Of a DNA stretch of 64,000 nucleotides, positions 1 through 9,443 are shown piece by piece. Source of the DNA: Eubacterium sp. (GTDB lineage: Bacteria > Bacillota > Clostridia > Lachnospirales > Lachnospiraceae); assembly GCA_017433825.1 (NCBI GenBank), contig JAFRGL010000005.1, positions 58,797 to 122,796 of the forward strand. Reading direction: 5' to 3'. Below the pieces are notes generated by a model, which was not told the DNA's origin, did not search any database, and saw only the letters and a list, made by a program, of their open reading frames with translations. A program made the translations under genes and the position numbers. Within the stretch, counting starts at the first letter, position 1. The number at the start of each line of letters is the position of its first letter.

Positions 1-1097
1 CCGGTGAATTTGTTGAAGACCGGACCGTAGCCTAAGTAACAGCTGTTCTTGCTTTCCATTACCTCGGGGAAGAGGGGGTCAAAGCCGGCGCTTACGTCGG
101 AGGAGAGTACCTTGGATTTTTTGAAAATCCTGCGCAGGGCGGTTTCGCTTGCGCAGCCGCAGGCCTCCAGCAGTTCCCGGACAGCGTCCGCGAAATAGGT
201 GCCGGTCATGCCGGTGGCGCCGACGCTGCCGATCTCTTCCTTGTCCGCGAACAGGCAGGCGGTGGTATAGACCGGGTTTTCCTGGTCAAGAAGTGCCTTG
301 TAGGAGGTATAGGCGCAAACACGGTCATCCTGGCCGTAGCCTAGAACCATGCTCCGGTCAAGACCGTAATCCCTTGCACGTCCGGCAGGAACCACTTCCA
401 GTTCGGCAGAGAGGAAATCTTCCTCTTCGAAGCCGTATTTTTCTTTAATAATGGCCAGTACATTGGCTTTTACCGCGTCTTTTTCTTCGCCTTTAAGCGG
501 GGTGCTGGCGATAAGAAGGTTCAGGGCCTCGCCGGAAACGAATTCTCCTGCTTTTTTGCCCATCTGGCTCTTGCCCAGGTGGGGCAGCAGGTCGGTGATG
601 CCTAAAACCGGGTCACTTTCATCTTCGCCGATAACCACATTTATGACGGTGCCGTCTTTTTTCACGACCACACCGTGGATGGCCAGCGGGATGGTCAGCC
701 ACTGGTATTTCTTCACGCCGCCGTAGTAATGGGTGTCGAGGTAAGCCATCTCGTGGTCCTCGTACAGGGGGTTCTGTTTGATATCAAGCCTGGGAGAATC
801 CACGTGGGCGCCCAGAATGCGTAAGCCTTCGGTTAAGGGGGCGGTGCCCATACGGAAAATCATCAGGGATTTCTTCATCATGTCCGCGTAAATCAGCTGG
901 TTCGGTTCCGGCTTCATGCCTTTTTCAAGAACCTCGTCCAGGCTGACGGCGCCTTTTTCCTTCAGCTCGGCAATAACGCCCGCGACCGCTTCGCGTTCGG
1001 TTTTATTGTCGGAAATGAACTTTTTGTAGCCTTCACAGAAATCCGAGCAGGCAGCCGCATCAAAGCCTTCCTGCTTCCATAACATTTCTCTTTTCAT
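1..1097 (-). CDS. M18-family aminopeptidase (aminopeptidase I / aspartyl aminopeptidase-like); C-terminus runs off the window
   Basis: Absent from the ORF track because there is no stop inside the window. Manual minus-strand translation from the ATG at 1095-1097 gives MKREMLWKQEGFDAAACSDFCEGYKKFI...LRILGAHVDSPRLDIKQNPLYED...YGGVKKYQW...ITDLLPHLG...GYGQDDRVCAY...DKEEIGSVGATG, a layout I recognise from M18 aminopeptidases. Track ORFs 149..448 and 451..726 (+) are antisense artefacts. Confidence 0.75.
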   Translation of the reverse strand, partial: MKREMLWKQEGFDAAACSDFCEGYKKFISDNKTEREAVAGVIAELKEKGAVSLDEVLEKGMKPEPNQLIYADMMKKSLMIFRMGTAPLTEGLRILGAHVDSPRLDIKQNPLYEDHEMAYLDTHYYGGVKKYQWLTIPLAIHGVVVKKDGTVINVVIGEDESDPVLGITDLLPHLGKSQMGKKAGEFVSGEALNLLIASTPLKGEEKDAVKANVLAIIKEKYGFEEEDFLSAELEVVPAGRARDYGLDRSMVLGYGQDDRVCAYTSYKALLDQENPVYTTACLFADKEEIGSVGATGMTGTYFADAVRELLEACGCASETALRRIFKKSKVLSSDVSAGFDPLFPEVMESKNSCYLGYGPVFNKFT

Positions 1098-1307
1098 ATA
1101 GTACTCCTGTTCTGTATGCCGCTTTTGTGAAATGACCGGCCGCTTATGCCGTCTGCACAGCCGCATACCCGCTCATTATAGCAGTTTCCGGCAGGATATT
1201 CCATAGAGAATATTGTTTTTTGCCGTTATTTATTATAAACTGTATCATGAGTTTTTATATGCAACCCCGCAGGGATGACGGCAGTATTACAGAGGAGGGC
1301 TGAACAG

Positions 1308-2240
1308 ATGATTAACCGTCTCATGGAGGACATAAGAAAAAAACAGGCACCGATCGTGGTGGGGCTGGACCCCATGCTTTCATATGTGCCTGAAAAGATA
1401 AAGAAAGCGGCCTTCGAGGAATTCGGGGAAACCCCGGAAGGCGCGGCCGAGGCATTCTACCGCTTTAACTGCGGCATCGTGGACGCTACCTGCGACCTGG
1501 TGCCGGCATACAAGCCTCAGGCAGCCATGTACGAGCAGCTGGGACTTGCCGGAATGGCTGCATTCGCAAAAACAGTGAAATACTGCCAGGAGAAAGGCGC
1601 GGTGGTCATCGGCGACGTGAAAAGAGGCGATATCGGCTCCACGTCGGAGGCCTACGCAGTGGGTCATCTGGGCAGCGTGGAAATCGGCGGAAAGAAGTTT
1701 TCCGGCTTTAATGAGGATTTCATCACTGTCAACCCCTATCTGGGAAGCGACGGCATTAAGCCGTTCATGAAGGTGTGCAAAGAGGAGAAAAAGGGCATTT
1801 TCGTGCTGGTAAAGACCTCCAACCCCTCCAGCGGCGAGCTGCAGGACAGGCTTATCGACGGAAGGCCCCTGTACGAGCATGTGGGTGAAATGGTATCCGC
1901 CTGGGGCAGTGAGCTGATGGGCGATGCCTACAGCTACGTTGGCGCGGTGGTAGGCGCCACCTATCCGGAAATGGGCGCCGTACTGCGTAAAATCATGCCG
2001 AAGACCCTGATCCTGGTGCCCGGCTACGGCGCGCAGGGCGGACGCGGCGCGGATCTGGTGAACTTTTTCAATGAAGACGGCCTGGGCGCAATCGTCAATT
2101 CCTCCAGGGGCATTATCGCCGCCTGGAAGCAGGAGAAATACGCTTCCTTCGGCGCGGACAATTATGCGGAAGCCGCAAGGGCTGCGGTCCTGGACATGAA
2201 GGAAGACATAGGCGGCGCGCTGGCTGCGGCCGGGAAATAA
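1308..2240 (+). CDS. pyrF: orotidine 5'-phosphate decarboxylase (long, type 2 form)
   Basis: Motifs IVVGLDP, DVKRGDIGST and LVPGYGAQGG. Start moved to the ATG at 1308, in frame with track ORF 1275, because GAGGAGG lies 9 nt upstream. First gene of a pyr cluster. Confidence 0.9.
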   Translation: MINRLMEDIRKKQAPIVVGLDPMLSYVPEKIKKAAFEEFGETPEGAAEAFYRFNCGIVDATCDLVPAYKPQAAMYEQLGLAGMAAFAKTVKYCQEKGAVVIGDVKRGDIGSTSEAYAVGHLGSVEIGGKKFSGFNEDFITVNPYLGSDGIKPFMKVCKEEKKGIFVLVKTSNPSSGELQDRLIDGRPLYEHVGEMVSAWGSELMGDAYSYVGAVVGATYPEMGAVLRKIMPKTLILVPGYGAQGGRGADLVNFFNEDGLGAIVNSSRGIIAAWKQEKYASFGADNYAEAARAAVLDMKEDIGGALAAAGK

Positions 2241-2276
2241 ACACTGAAAAACAACTGGTTTGCGAAAGAGATAAAC

Positions 2277-3059
2277 ATGAAAAAGACAGAAACCGCAAAA
2301 GTAATCTCCCAGGAAGAATTAGCTTCCGGGATCTTCAGCCTCTGGCTGGAAAATGAGAACACAGCCGCGGATGCGAAGGCCGGACAGTTCGTCAACGTCT
2401 ACTGTGCGGAGAAAAGCAGGCTGCTTCCAAGGCCCATCAGCATCTGCGAAATCGACAGGGAAAAAGGCCGCATCCGGCTGGTTTACCGGATCAAGGGCGA
2501 AGGTACGAAGGAGTTTTCCCGGCTTCAGCCCGGCGATACCGTAAAGATACTGGGGCCGAATGGAAACGGCTTCCCGCTGGAAGAAGCGGAAGGGAAGCTT
2601 TTATACCTGGTATCCGGCGGCATCGGCATCCCGCCCATGCTGGAGTGCGCGAAGGAAGCGGACAGCGCGGGTACGGTATCCGTGATGGGCTACCGGACGG
2701 CCGATACCTTCCTGACAGCGGATTTTGACCGGTACGCCAAATGCGTGATTTCCACGGATGACGGTTCCTTGGGGTATCACGGCAATGCAGTCCAGGCACT
2801 GGAAGCGGCCGCGGACACGATGATGCCGGAAATCATTTTCGCCTGCGGACCGAAGGTGCTGCTTGCGGCAGTGAAAAAATTCGCGGAGGAGGCCGGCATC
2901 CCCTGCTGGGTTTCCATGGAAGAGCGGATGGCCTGCGGCATCGGCGCCTGCCTTGCCTGCGTATGCGAATCCGTTGAAACTGACGAACATACACACGTGA
3001 AGAACAAACGCGTCTGCAAAGAAGGCCCGGTATTTGCTGCCGGGGAAATCGTGCTTTAA
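2277..3059 (+). CDS. pyrK: dihydroorotate dehydrogenase B electron-transfer subunit (FAD / 2Fe-2S)
   Basis: 260 aa. LPRPISI and RxYS-like flavin region (LVYRIKGEGT), GGIGIPP NAD site, C-terminal CGIGACLACVC cluster motif. Sits directly upstream of pyrD. Confidence 0.9.
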   Translation: MKKTETAKVISQEELASGIFSLWLENENTAADAKAGQFVNVYCAEKSRLLPRPISICEIDREKGRIRLVYRIKGEGTKEFSRLQPGDTVKILGPNGNGFPLEEAEGKLLYLVSGGIGIPPMLECAKEADSAGTVSVMGYRTADTFLTADFDRYAKCVISTDDGSLGYHGNAVQALEAAADTMMPEIIFACGPKVLLAAVKKFAEEAGIPCWVSMEERMACGIGACLACVCESVETDEHTHVKNKRVCKEGPVFAAGEIVL

Positions 3060-3072
3060 GGGAGGCTTAAAG

Positions 3073-3975
3073 ATGAATTTATCCGTAAATATAGCAGGCG
3101 TAACCCTGAAAAATCCCGTAACGACAGCCTCCGGCACCTTCGGTTCCGGCATGGAGTACGCGGATTTCGTGGATTTAAATAAACTGGGCGCCGTGATAAC
3201 CAAAGGCGTGGCGGACGTTCCCTGGGCGGGCAATCCCACGCCCCGGGTGGCGGAAACCTACGGCGGCATGCTCAATGCCATCGGCCTGCAGAATCCCGGC
3301 ATCGACGTCTTCCTGGAAAGGGATCTTCCCTTCCTGAAGCAGTTTGATACCAAAGTCATCGTGAATGTCTGCGGGCATTCCGAGGAGGAATATTTCCGCG
3401 TAGTGGAGCGTCTGGCGGACGCGCCGGTGGATATGCTGGAAATCAACATTTCCTGCCCGAACGTGAAGGCGGGTGGCATCACCTTCGGCACGGACCCGAA
3501 GGCTACCGAGCACATCACCGCGGAGGTGAAAAAACGCGCGGCCCAGCCGGTTATCATGAAGCTGACCCCCAACGTGACGGATATTACCGTAACAGCCAGG
3601 GCGGCGGAGAACGGCGGCGCAGATGCCGTTTCCCTCATCAATACCTTAACCGGCATGAAAATCGACGTAAATACCAGGAGCTTCGTGCTGGCCAACAAGA
3701 CCGGCGGGCTTTCCGGCCCGGCCATCAAGCCGGTGGCGGTGCGCATGGTTTACCAGTGTGCGCAGGCGGTGAAGATTCCGATTATCGGCCTTGGCGGCAT
3801 TGCCACGGCGGAGGACGCCCTGGAATTCATCCTGGCCGGCGCGACGGCGGTGTCCGTGGGTACGGCCAACTTCTACAACCCGAACGCCACGTCGGAAATC
3901 ATCGACGGCATTGCGGATTACATGCGGAAAAACGGCATTGAGGATATTCTGGAGCTTAAAGGCGCGGTCCGCTGA
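3073..3975 (+). CDS. pyrD: dihydroorotate dehydrogenase, class 1B catalytic subunit
   Basis: MNLSVNIAGVTLKNPV..ASGTFG..., NISCPNVK active-site motif, GGLSGPAIKP, GIGGI. Start set at the ATG at 3073, with GGGAGG 7 nt upstream and immediately after the pyrK stop. Confidence 0.92.
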   Translation: MNLSVNIAGVTLKNPVTTASGTFGSGMEYADFVDLNKLGAVITKGVADVPWAGNPTPRVAETYGGMLNAIGLQNPGIDVFLERDLPFLKQFDTKVIVNVCGHSEEEYFRVVERLADAPVDMLEINISCPNVKAGGITFGTDPKATEHITAEVKKRAAQPVIMKLTPNVTDITVTARAAENGGADAVSLINTLTGMKIDVNTRSFVLANKTGGLSGPAIKPVAVRMVYQCAQAVKIPIIGLGGIATAEDALEFILAGATAVSVGTANFYNPNATSEIIDGIADYMRKNGIEDILELKGAVR

Positions 3976-4046
3976 GAATGACGGACTGCAGTATGTAAAC
4001 TTAAACGGCCGGATTGCCGGCATATGATATGTAAAAAGGAGAACCA

Positions 4047-4733
4047 ATGGAAGCCTACAAACAGGAATTTATTGATTTTATGGTGGAGAGCAATGTGCTC
4101 AAATTCGGTGATTTTACGCTGAAAAGCGGCAGAAAATCCCCCTTCTTCATGAACGCGGGCGCCTATGTGACCGGCACCCAGCTCCGCAGACTGGGGCAGG
4201 CCTACGCAAAGGCCATTCATGACCGTTTCGGCCTGGATTTCGACGTTCTTTTCGGGCCGGCCTACAAGGGCATTCCCCTGTCGGTCATTACCGCGGCAGC
4301 CATCAGCGAGCTGTACGGCGTTGACGTGAAATACTGCTCCAACCGTAAGGAAGCAAAGGACCACGGCGATGCGGGCATCCTTCTGGGAAGCCCTGTAAAA
4401 GACGGCGACCGTGTGCTCATCATCGAAGATGTGACAACCTCCGGAAAATCCATTGAGGAAACCGTTCCGATCCTGAAAGCCCAGGCGGACGTGAAGATTG
4501 TGGGCCTGATGGTTTCCCTTAACCGCTGTGAAAAGGGCAAAGGGGAGAAGAGCGCGCTGGAGGAGGTGTCCGAACTGTACGGCTTCCCCACTGCGGCCAT
4601 TGTGACCATGGCCGAGGTGACGGAGTACCTGGAAGGCAGGGAGGGCTCGCCTATTGATGCGGAAAGAAGGGCGCAGCTGGACGATTATTACAGGCAGTAC
4701 GGCGCTGCAGGCGCCTGGAAGTTTAAGGCATAA
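4047..4733 (+). CDS. pyrE: orotate phosphoribosyltransferase
   Basis: FGDFTLKSGRKSPFF and the PRPP-binding motif VLIIEDVTTSGKS. Position within the pyr cluster. Confidence 0.92.
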   Translation: MEAYKQEFIDFMVESNVLKFGDFTLKSGRKSPFFMNAGAYVTGTQLRRLGQAYAKAIHDRFGLDFDVLFGPAYKGIPLSVITAAAISELYGVDVKYCSNRKEAKDHGDAGILLGSPVKDGDRVLIIEDVTTSGKSIEETVPILKAQADVKIVGLMVSLNRCEKGKGEKSALEEVSELYGFPTAAIVTMAEVTEYLEGREGSPIDAERRAQLDDYYRQYGAAGAWKFKA

Positions 4734-5050
4734 TGAAGGGCAGATACCGTTATTCCATCCGGAAAGAAGAAGACCATGCCGGCAGCCGGCGCACGCTTTT
4801 CTGCGCGCTGGCTTCTTTGGCTGCCCTGGCCTGCGGAATCGTGCTTTCCTTTGTCAAAAGAGGAAACGGACCGGCGTATGTAGGCGCTTTGGGGCTTTGT
4901 TCGATGATTCTGGCTGTGTTCGGCCTGTTTTCGGGGCTGCAGCAGCTCAAGGGAGAGAACAAGGGCCGGAGAAACCCGCTTGCCGGGACTTTGCTGTGCG
5001 GTGTGATCTTCATTGCCTGGCTGGTGCTGATTGTGGCGGGGATCAGATAG
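4733..5050 (+). CDS. small predicted membrane protein (about 3 hydrophobic segments), function unknown
   Basis: 105-aa ORF whose ATG shares one base with the pyrE stop (TAATG). Three hydrophobic stretches (LFCALASLAALACGIVL, ALGLCSMILAVFGLFSG, LLCGVIFIAWLVLIVAG). I recognise no family. Confidence 0.45.
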   Translation: MKGRYRYSIRKEEDHAGSRRTLFCALASLAALACGIVLSFVKRGNGPAYVGALGLCSMILAVFGLFSGLQQLKGENKGRRNPLAGTLLCGVIFIAWLVLIVAGIR

Positions 5051-5135
5051 CCTTCCCTTCCGGGAAAGGTGCCGGCTTTCAGCCGGCGGATGAGGGCCCT
5101 CTCCCAAGGAGAGGGCAATTATACGGAGAAATAAG

Positions 5136-7166
5136 ATGAGTGACGAAAAATTCGATTTATTCATGGGGAGAATCCGGGAGATTCCGGAGGAGAAGACGGT
5201 TCCGGAACCTTTCCGGGATTTCTTTGTGAGGGAAGCCCGGTATATTCAGGCGGTGCTTGCGGAAGCGGAGAAAATGAAAGCTTCCGACTTGTCTTTTGAA
5301 GAACTGCAGGCGGGAAACCTTCTGGTGTACGAGGACATCCTGCCGGAAAACTACGGTGCGAGCTTCGGCAACCCCGCTTATGCCTGCCATGTGCTGGGAA
5401 AGGAATACGGAAAGTATCTCGGCTTCCTGTATACGGAGATTCAGGGGCTGTACGCATTTGCGCTGGAAGACCGGATGTTTGACATCTGCGCGGTGCTGGA
5501 GCTTTTCCTGCAGATGTACGGTGCTTTTGAGGATGCGGAACTGCCGGGCTGCGGCTACCTGAAGGAAATGGTGTATTACTATAATTATGATTACTGCAGG
5601 GAATTCCTGGCGGACAGGGTGGCCGAAACCGTCGACCCCTCCCTGGATTTCGCTGTACGCATCATTGATAATTCCGACCTGACAGACCTTCGGTATCTGT
5701 ATAAATACGGCGAATATATCAGTGAAAATGAGATGAAAACCGCGGAATTCCTGAATTCCCTGCCGGAGGAGGAAATCGAAGCAATGGCCCGCACCTTTAC
5801 CGAGGGCTACCGAATCGGTTTTGAAGTGACGGGCAAGGATATTTCCATCAAGAAGACGGTCAACATCCGTTACCGTATCGGCTTTGAACGCATGGTGAAA
5901 GCGGCCATCCGGCAGTTTGGGGAAATCGGACTGTCTCCGGTGATTTACCGCACCGCGCAGCACCGGCTCAATAAAAAGTCGGCGGATGTGGGATATTTCG
6001 GCGGGAAGCCGAACCGGCAGTATGATTATGACCACAGAAATGACGAGGCTTTGTATCTGGACGAGAAATTCGTTACCCGCAAGCTTTCCGCATACCGGGA
6101 GGGCTTTGAGGAGCAGAAGGCAAATGCGAAGCTGCACGGCGGTCCGGCTGTAATTGACGTGTTCGGCGAAGCGCCTTTTTCACCGGCGGCCTGTCCGGAC
6201 GCCTGCGCCTATACCCCTGCCCAGCAGGAATTGAAGCTGCGCCTGGATACCGAAACCGGACAGATTACCAACCGGTATATCATCGGCAGTGAAAGAAGCT
6301 TTACGATTATTGCCTTCCCCGGCCCGGAAATCGGAGAGAATTTTGAAGAAATCTTCAAAGAGACAGTCCGGATCAATACGCTGGACTACATGACCTACCG
6401 GAACATCCAGCAGATTCTGATTGACGCCCTGGACAAGGGCAAGGCTGTGCGTATAAAGGGCTGCGGGAAGAATGAAACCGACCTGACGGTGCAGCTGTAC
6501 AGGCTGTCCGACCCGGCGCGTGAGACGATTTTCGAAAACTGTGTAGCGGACGTGAACATCCCGGTGGGTGAAGTCTTTACCACACCGGTGCTGAAAGGCA
6601 CGGAAGGCCTGCTGCATCTGCCGGGCGTCTTCCTGGAAGGACTGCAGTTTACGGATTTGCGGCTCACGGTCAAAGACGGCATGATTGCGGATTATTCCTG
6701 CGCAAACTTCGATTCGGAGGAAGAAAACCGGAAATATATTGAGGAAAACATTCTTTTCCGGCATCCGACGGTGCCCATGGGCGAATTTGCCATCGGTACC
6801 AACACCACAGCCTACGAGGTGGGCAGGCGTTACCATATCGAAGGCATCCTGCCAATACTGATTGCGGAGAAAACCGGTCCGCATTTTGCTTTCGGCGACA
6901 CCTGCTACAGCTGGGATGAGGACAATATGACCTACAACCCGGACGGCAAGGCCATCGTGGCCCGGGACAATGACTGGTCCATTTTAAGGAAAACTGATAT
7001 CAGCAAGGCGTATTTCAACTGTCATACGGATATCACGATCCCCTATGATGAACTGGCGTATATCAAGGTAATCGGTGAAGACGGTTCGGAAACCGCCCTC
7101 ATCGAAAACGGCAGGTTTGTGCTGCCGGGCTGTGAAGAGCTGAACGGGCCGCTGGAGAGGGCCTGA
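5136..7166 (+). CDS. M29 (aminopeptidase T / PepS)-like protein with a long N-terminal extension
   Basis: The C-terminal half (e.g. VNIPVGEVFTTP, EFAIGTNT, HFAFGD) resembles thermophilic-metalloprotease M29 aminopeptidases. I do not recognise the N-terminal ~350 aa. Confidence 0.5.
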   Translation: MSDEKFDLFMGRIREIPEEKTVPEPFRDFFVREARYIQAVLAEAEKMKASDLSFEELQAGNLLVYEDILPENYGASFGNPAYACHVLGKEYGKYLGFLYTEIQGLYAFALEDRMFDICAVLELFLQMYGAFEDAELPGCGYLKEMVYYYNYDYCREFLADRVAETVDPSLDFAVRIIDNSDLTDLRYLYKYGEYISENEMKTAEFLNSLPEEEIEAMARTFTEGYRIGFEVTGKDISIKKTVNIRYRIGFERMVKAAIRQFGEIGLSPVIYRTAQHRLNKKSADVGYFGGKPNRQYDYDHRNDEALYLDEKFVTRKLSAYREGFEEQKANAKLHGGPAVIDVFGEAPFSPAACPDACAYTPAQQELKLRLDTETGQITNRYIIGSERSFTIIAFPGPEIGENFEEIFKETVRINTLDYMTYRNIQQILIDALDKGKAVRIKGCGKNETDLTVQLYRLSDPARETIFENCVADVNIPVGEVFTTPVLKGTEGLLHLPGVFLEGLQFTDLRLTVKDGMIADYSCANFDSEEENRKYIEENILFRHPTVPMGEFAIGTNTTAYEVGRRYHIEGILPILIAEKTGPHFAFGDTCYSWDEDNMTYNPDGKAIVARDNDWSILRKTDISKAYFNCHTDITIPYDELAYIKVIGEDGSETALIENGRFVLPGCEELNGPLERA

Positions 7167-7177
7167 CAGAAGCGGCA

Positions 7178-7208
7178 AAGGCTTCCCCGGAACGGGGAAG
7201 CCTTTTTA
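7178..7208. terminator. bidirectional intrinsic terminator hairpin
   Basis: AAAGGCTTCCCCGGAACGGGGAAGCCTTTTT is a perfect GC-rich stem flanked by an A-tract and a T-tract, lying between convergent genes. Confidence 0.65.
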
Positions 7209-7236
7209 CGTTAATAAAAGATCTTTCTGCGGAATT

Positions 7237-9192
7237 TCAGATATTGCAGCAGATATTGTAGGTATCGAAATTTGCTTTTTTGATGTTTTTCACTTCCGAC
7301 GCATCACCCAGAATGTAGACTTCGGGGATGAGTTCGCGATAGGCCTCAGCTTCCGGCCGGGTGCTCTTCATGCCGAAGGCATCCACCACGAAATCAGCCG
7401 GAAGTACGTTTTCGGTCCAGTTCCTGTCCTCCACCTTTACGCCTTTTTTCTGTATGGCCTTTACCTTGCAGTCGCCGATAAGCTTTACATGGTTGTCGGA
7501 AAGCAGCATCAGAAGCATGGTGCGGGTAATCATGGAAAGGCCGGAGGCAAATTTTTCTGCCGGAAGCATGTCGACCACAGTGACGTCGCAGCCGTCATAG
7601 GCCAGCTGCAGCGCGCATTCACAGCCGGAAACGCCGCCGCCGCAGACCACCACCCTGCCGGAAAGCTCCCTGTGGGTTTTGTCCACATCCAGCACGCTTC
7701 TGACATTTGCATTGTCAATGCCGGGGATGGCAGGCCGTACCGGAAACGAGCCTGTGGTCACCACTATGGCGTCCGGATTTTCCGCCATGACGAGCTTGGG
7801 CGTGGCTTCGGTATTCAGGCGGATGTCAGCGCCGCAGTACATGGTGGTGCGCACATTCCAGTTTACATAACGCTTCAGATCGTCCTTGAAATCCAGATTG
7901 CAGATATCGTGCAGCAAACCGCCCAGACGGTCTTTCTTTTCAAAGAGAACCACGTCATGTCCTCTTTGCACCAGGGTATTGGCTGCCATCATACCGGCCA
8001 TGCCGCCGCCCACGACGACTACTTTTTTCTTCTGCCGGGCAGGCTGCACCTGCGCGTAGTTCCGGCTCCTGCAGATCTGCGGGTTTACCGCGCAGCGGGT
8101 GTAGGCTCCGAAGGTTTCGGCACAGCCCCAGCATCTTAAGCAGGGACGCGCGTCCTCCGGATGACCTGCCCAGGCCTTGTTCAGCATATCCGGGTCCGCC
8201 AGAAGCCCCCTGGCCATGGCAATCATGTCCGCGGAACCTTCCGCCAGAATCTGTTCCGCCGTGTCCACGGTATTGATGCCGCCTACAGTGACCACCGGGA
8301 TATGAATGTCCGGGCATTCCTTCACCGCACGGGCATATTTTACATTGCAGCCCTTTTCGCGGTAGTAGGGCGGCATGGTATAAAACTGTGCCCGGTATTC
8401 CACGATAAGGCCTGCGGAGACGTGCACGAGGTCAATGTATTCCTGCGCGCGTTTGATAAATTCGATGGTTTCGTCAATTCGCATACCGCCTTCCACGATT
8501 TCATCGCCGGAAATCCGCATTTCGATGCCCATTTCCGGGCCTACGGCTTCCCGGACAGCCCTGCAGACCATTAAGGGGAAGCGGAAACGGTTTTCCATGC
8601 TGCCGCCGTACATGTCATTTCTCTGGTTGGTGCGGGCGGAGAGAAACTGGCCCAGAAGATTGCCGTGGGCGGCGTGAATCATCACGAAATCAAAACCAGC
8701 CTGCTGACAGCGGCACGCCGCGTCCACGAAAGCTGCGATAACCTGCTCGATGTCATGCTGGTCCATAACCTTGATATACTGGTTCTGCCCTTCAACCGGG
8801 AAATTGGAGGGGGCGATGCCATAGGGGTAATCATGCAGCCGCAGGTCCGTGCCCAGGCCGGAGTGGAAGAGTTCCACCGACATTTTCGCGCCGTAGATGT
8901 GGGCAGCCTCTGTAATCCGGTGCAGGCCGGAGAGCATGGAATCTTCGCTGACATTGACCTCGGAATCGTATTCCCGGGCGAGTCCCCGGTCCACCGGTGT
9001 CGCGCCGATGGTGATAAGGGCGCACCCGCTTTTCGCCTGTCGTTCCACGAAATCCACGTAATCCTGGGTAATTTCACCGTTTTTGGTGACCATGTTGCTG
9101 ACCATCGGGGACCATTCGATGCGGTTCTTCAAGGTATGGGCCCCCACCTTAAGGGGCGTAAACACATATTTGTAACTGTTGAATACCGGCAT
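7237..9192 (-). CDS. NADH:flavin oxidoreductase (Old Yellow Enzyme TIM barrel) fused to an FAD/NAD(P)-binding domain; 2,4-dienoyl-CoA reductase / enoate reductase family
   Basis: 651 aa. N-terminal OYE-like barrel (LKNRI..., HAAHGNLLGQFLS, FPL). CxxCxxC...C cluster motif CLRCWGCAETFGAYTRC. Two dinucleotide folds (VVVVGGGMAGMMAA and VVVCGGGVSGCE). Confidence 0.85.
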   Translation of the reverse strand: MPVFNSYKYVFTPLKVGAHTLKNRIEWSPMVSNMVTKNGEITQDYVDFVERQAKSGCALITIGATPVDRGLAREYDSEVNVSEDSMLSGLHRITEAAHIYGAKMSVELFHSGLGTDLRLHDYPYGIAPSNFPVEGQNQYIKVMDQHDIEQVIAAFVDAACRCQQAGFDFVMIHAAHGNLLGQFLSARTNQRNDMYGGSMENRFRFPLMVCRAVREAVGPEMGIEMRISGDEIVEGGMRIDETIEFIKRAQEYIDLVHVSAGLIVEYRAQFYTMPPYYREKGCNVKYARAVKECPDIHIPVVTVGGINTVDTAEQILAEGSADMIAMARGLLADPDMLNKAWAGHPEDARPCLRCWGCAETFGAYTRCAVNPQICRSRNYAQVQPARQKKKVVVVGGGMAGMMAANTLVQRGHDVVLFEKKDRLGGLLHDICNLDFKDDLKRYVNWNVRTTMYCGADIRLNTEATPKLVMAENPDAIVVTTGSFPVRPAIPGIDNANVRSVLDVDKTHRELSGRVVVCGGGVSGCECALQLAYDGCDVTVVDMLPAEKFASGLSMITRTMLLMLLSDNHVKLIGDCKVKAIQKKGVKVEDRNWTENVLPADFVVDAFGMKSTRPEAEAYRELIPEVYILGDASEVKNIKKANFDTYNICCNI

Positions 9193-9443
9193 ATCATTCT
9201 CCTTTGACTGTAAAGAAGTCCTCCGCAGGGCGGAAGGGGTATGTATTTCTTACATTCATTATACAGGAACACCGATGGTACACGCAACAGCGTATAATAC
9301 ATTTCAGGCAGCCCTAAGGGGTGTTTTCGGCATGGAAAATAAAACTTTTCGGTAATTTCGGACGGTCAGGCATTGCCATTTTCCCGAGAATGATTTAAAC
9401 TTAAACCAAATAACCTTCGAAAATCGAAACAGGGAGATTAACT

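Noticed and set aside
149-726. Two + strand ORFs (99 and 91 aa) at the window start
   Set aside because: They are antisense to the partial M18 aminopeptidase gene that fills 1..1097 on the minus strand, and their translations are Arg/Pro-rich junk.
5157-6137. 326-aa ORF on the - strand (and similar antisense ORFs at 18751..19734, 40756..41520, 62482..63354, 54882..55715)
   Set aside because: All lie antisense to ORFs with clear homology or coding signatures. They have low-complexity Arg/Pro/Gly-rich translations and are treated as frame artefacts.
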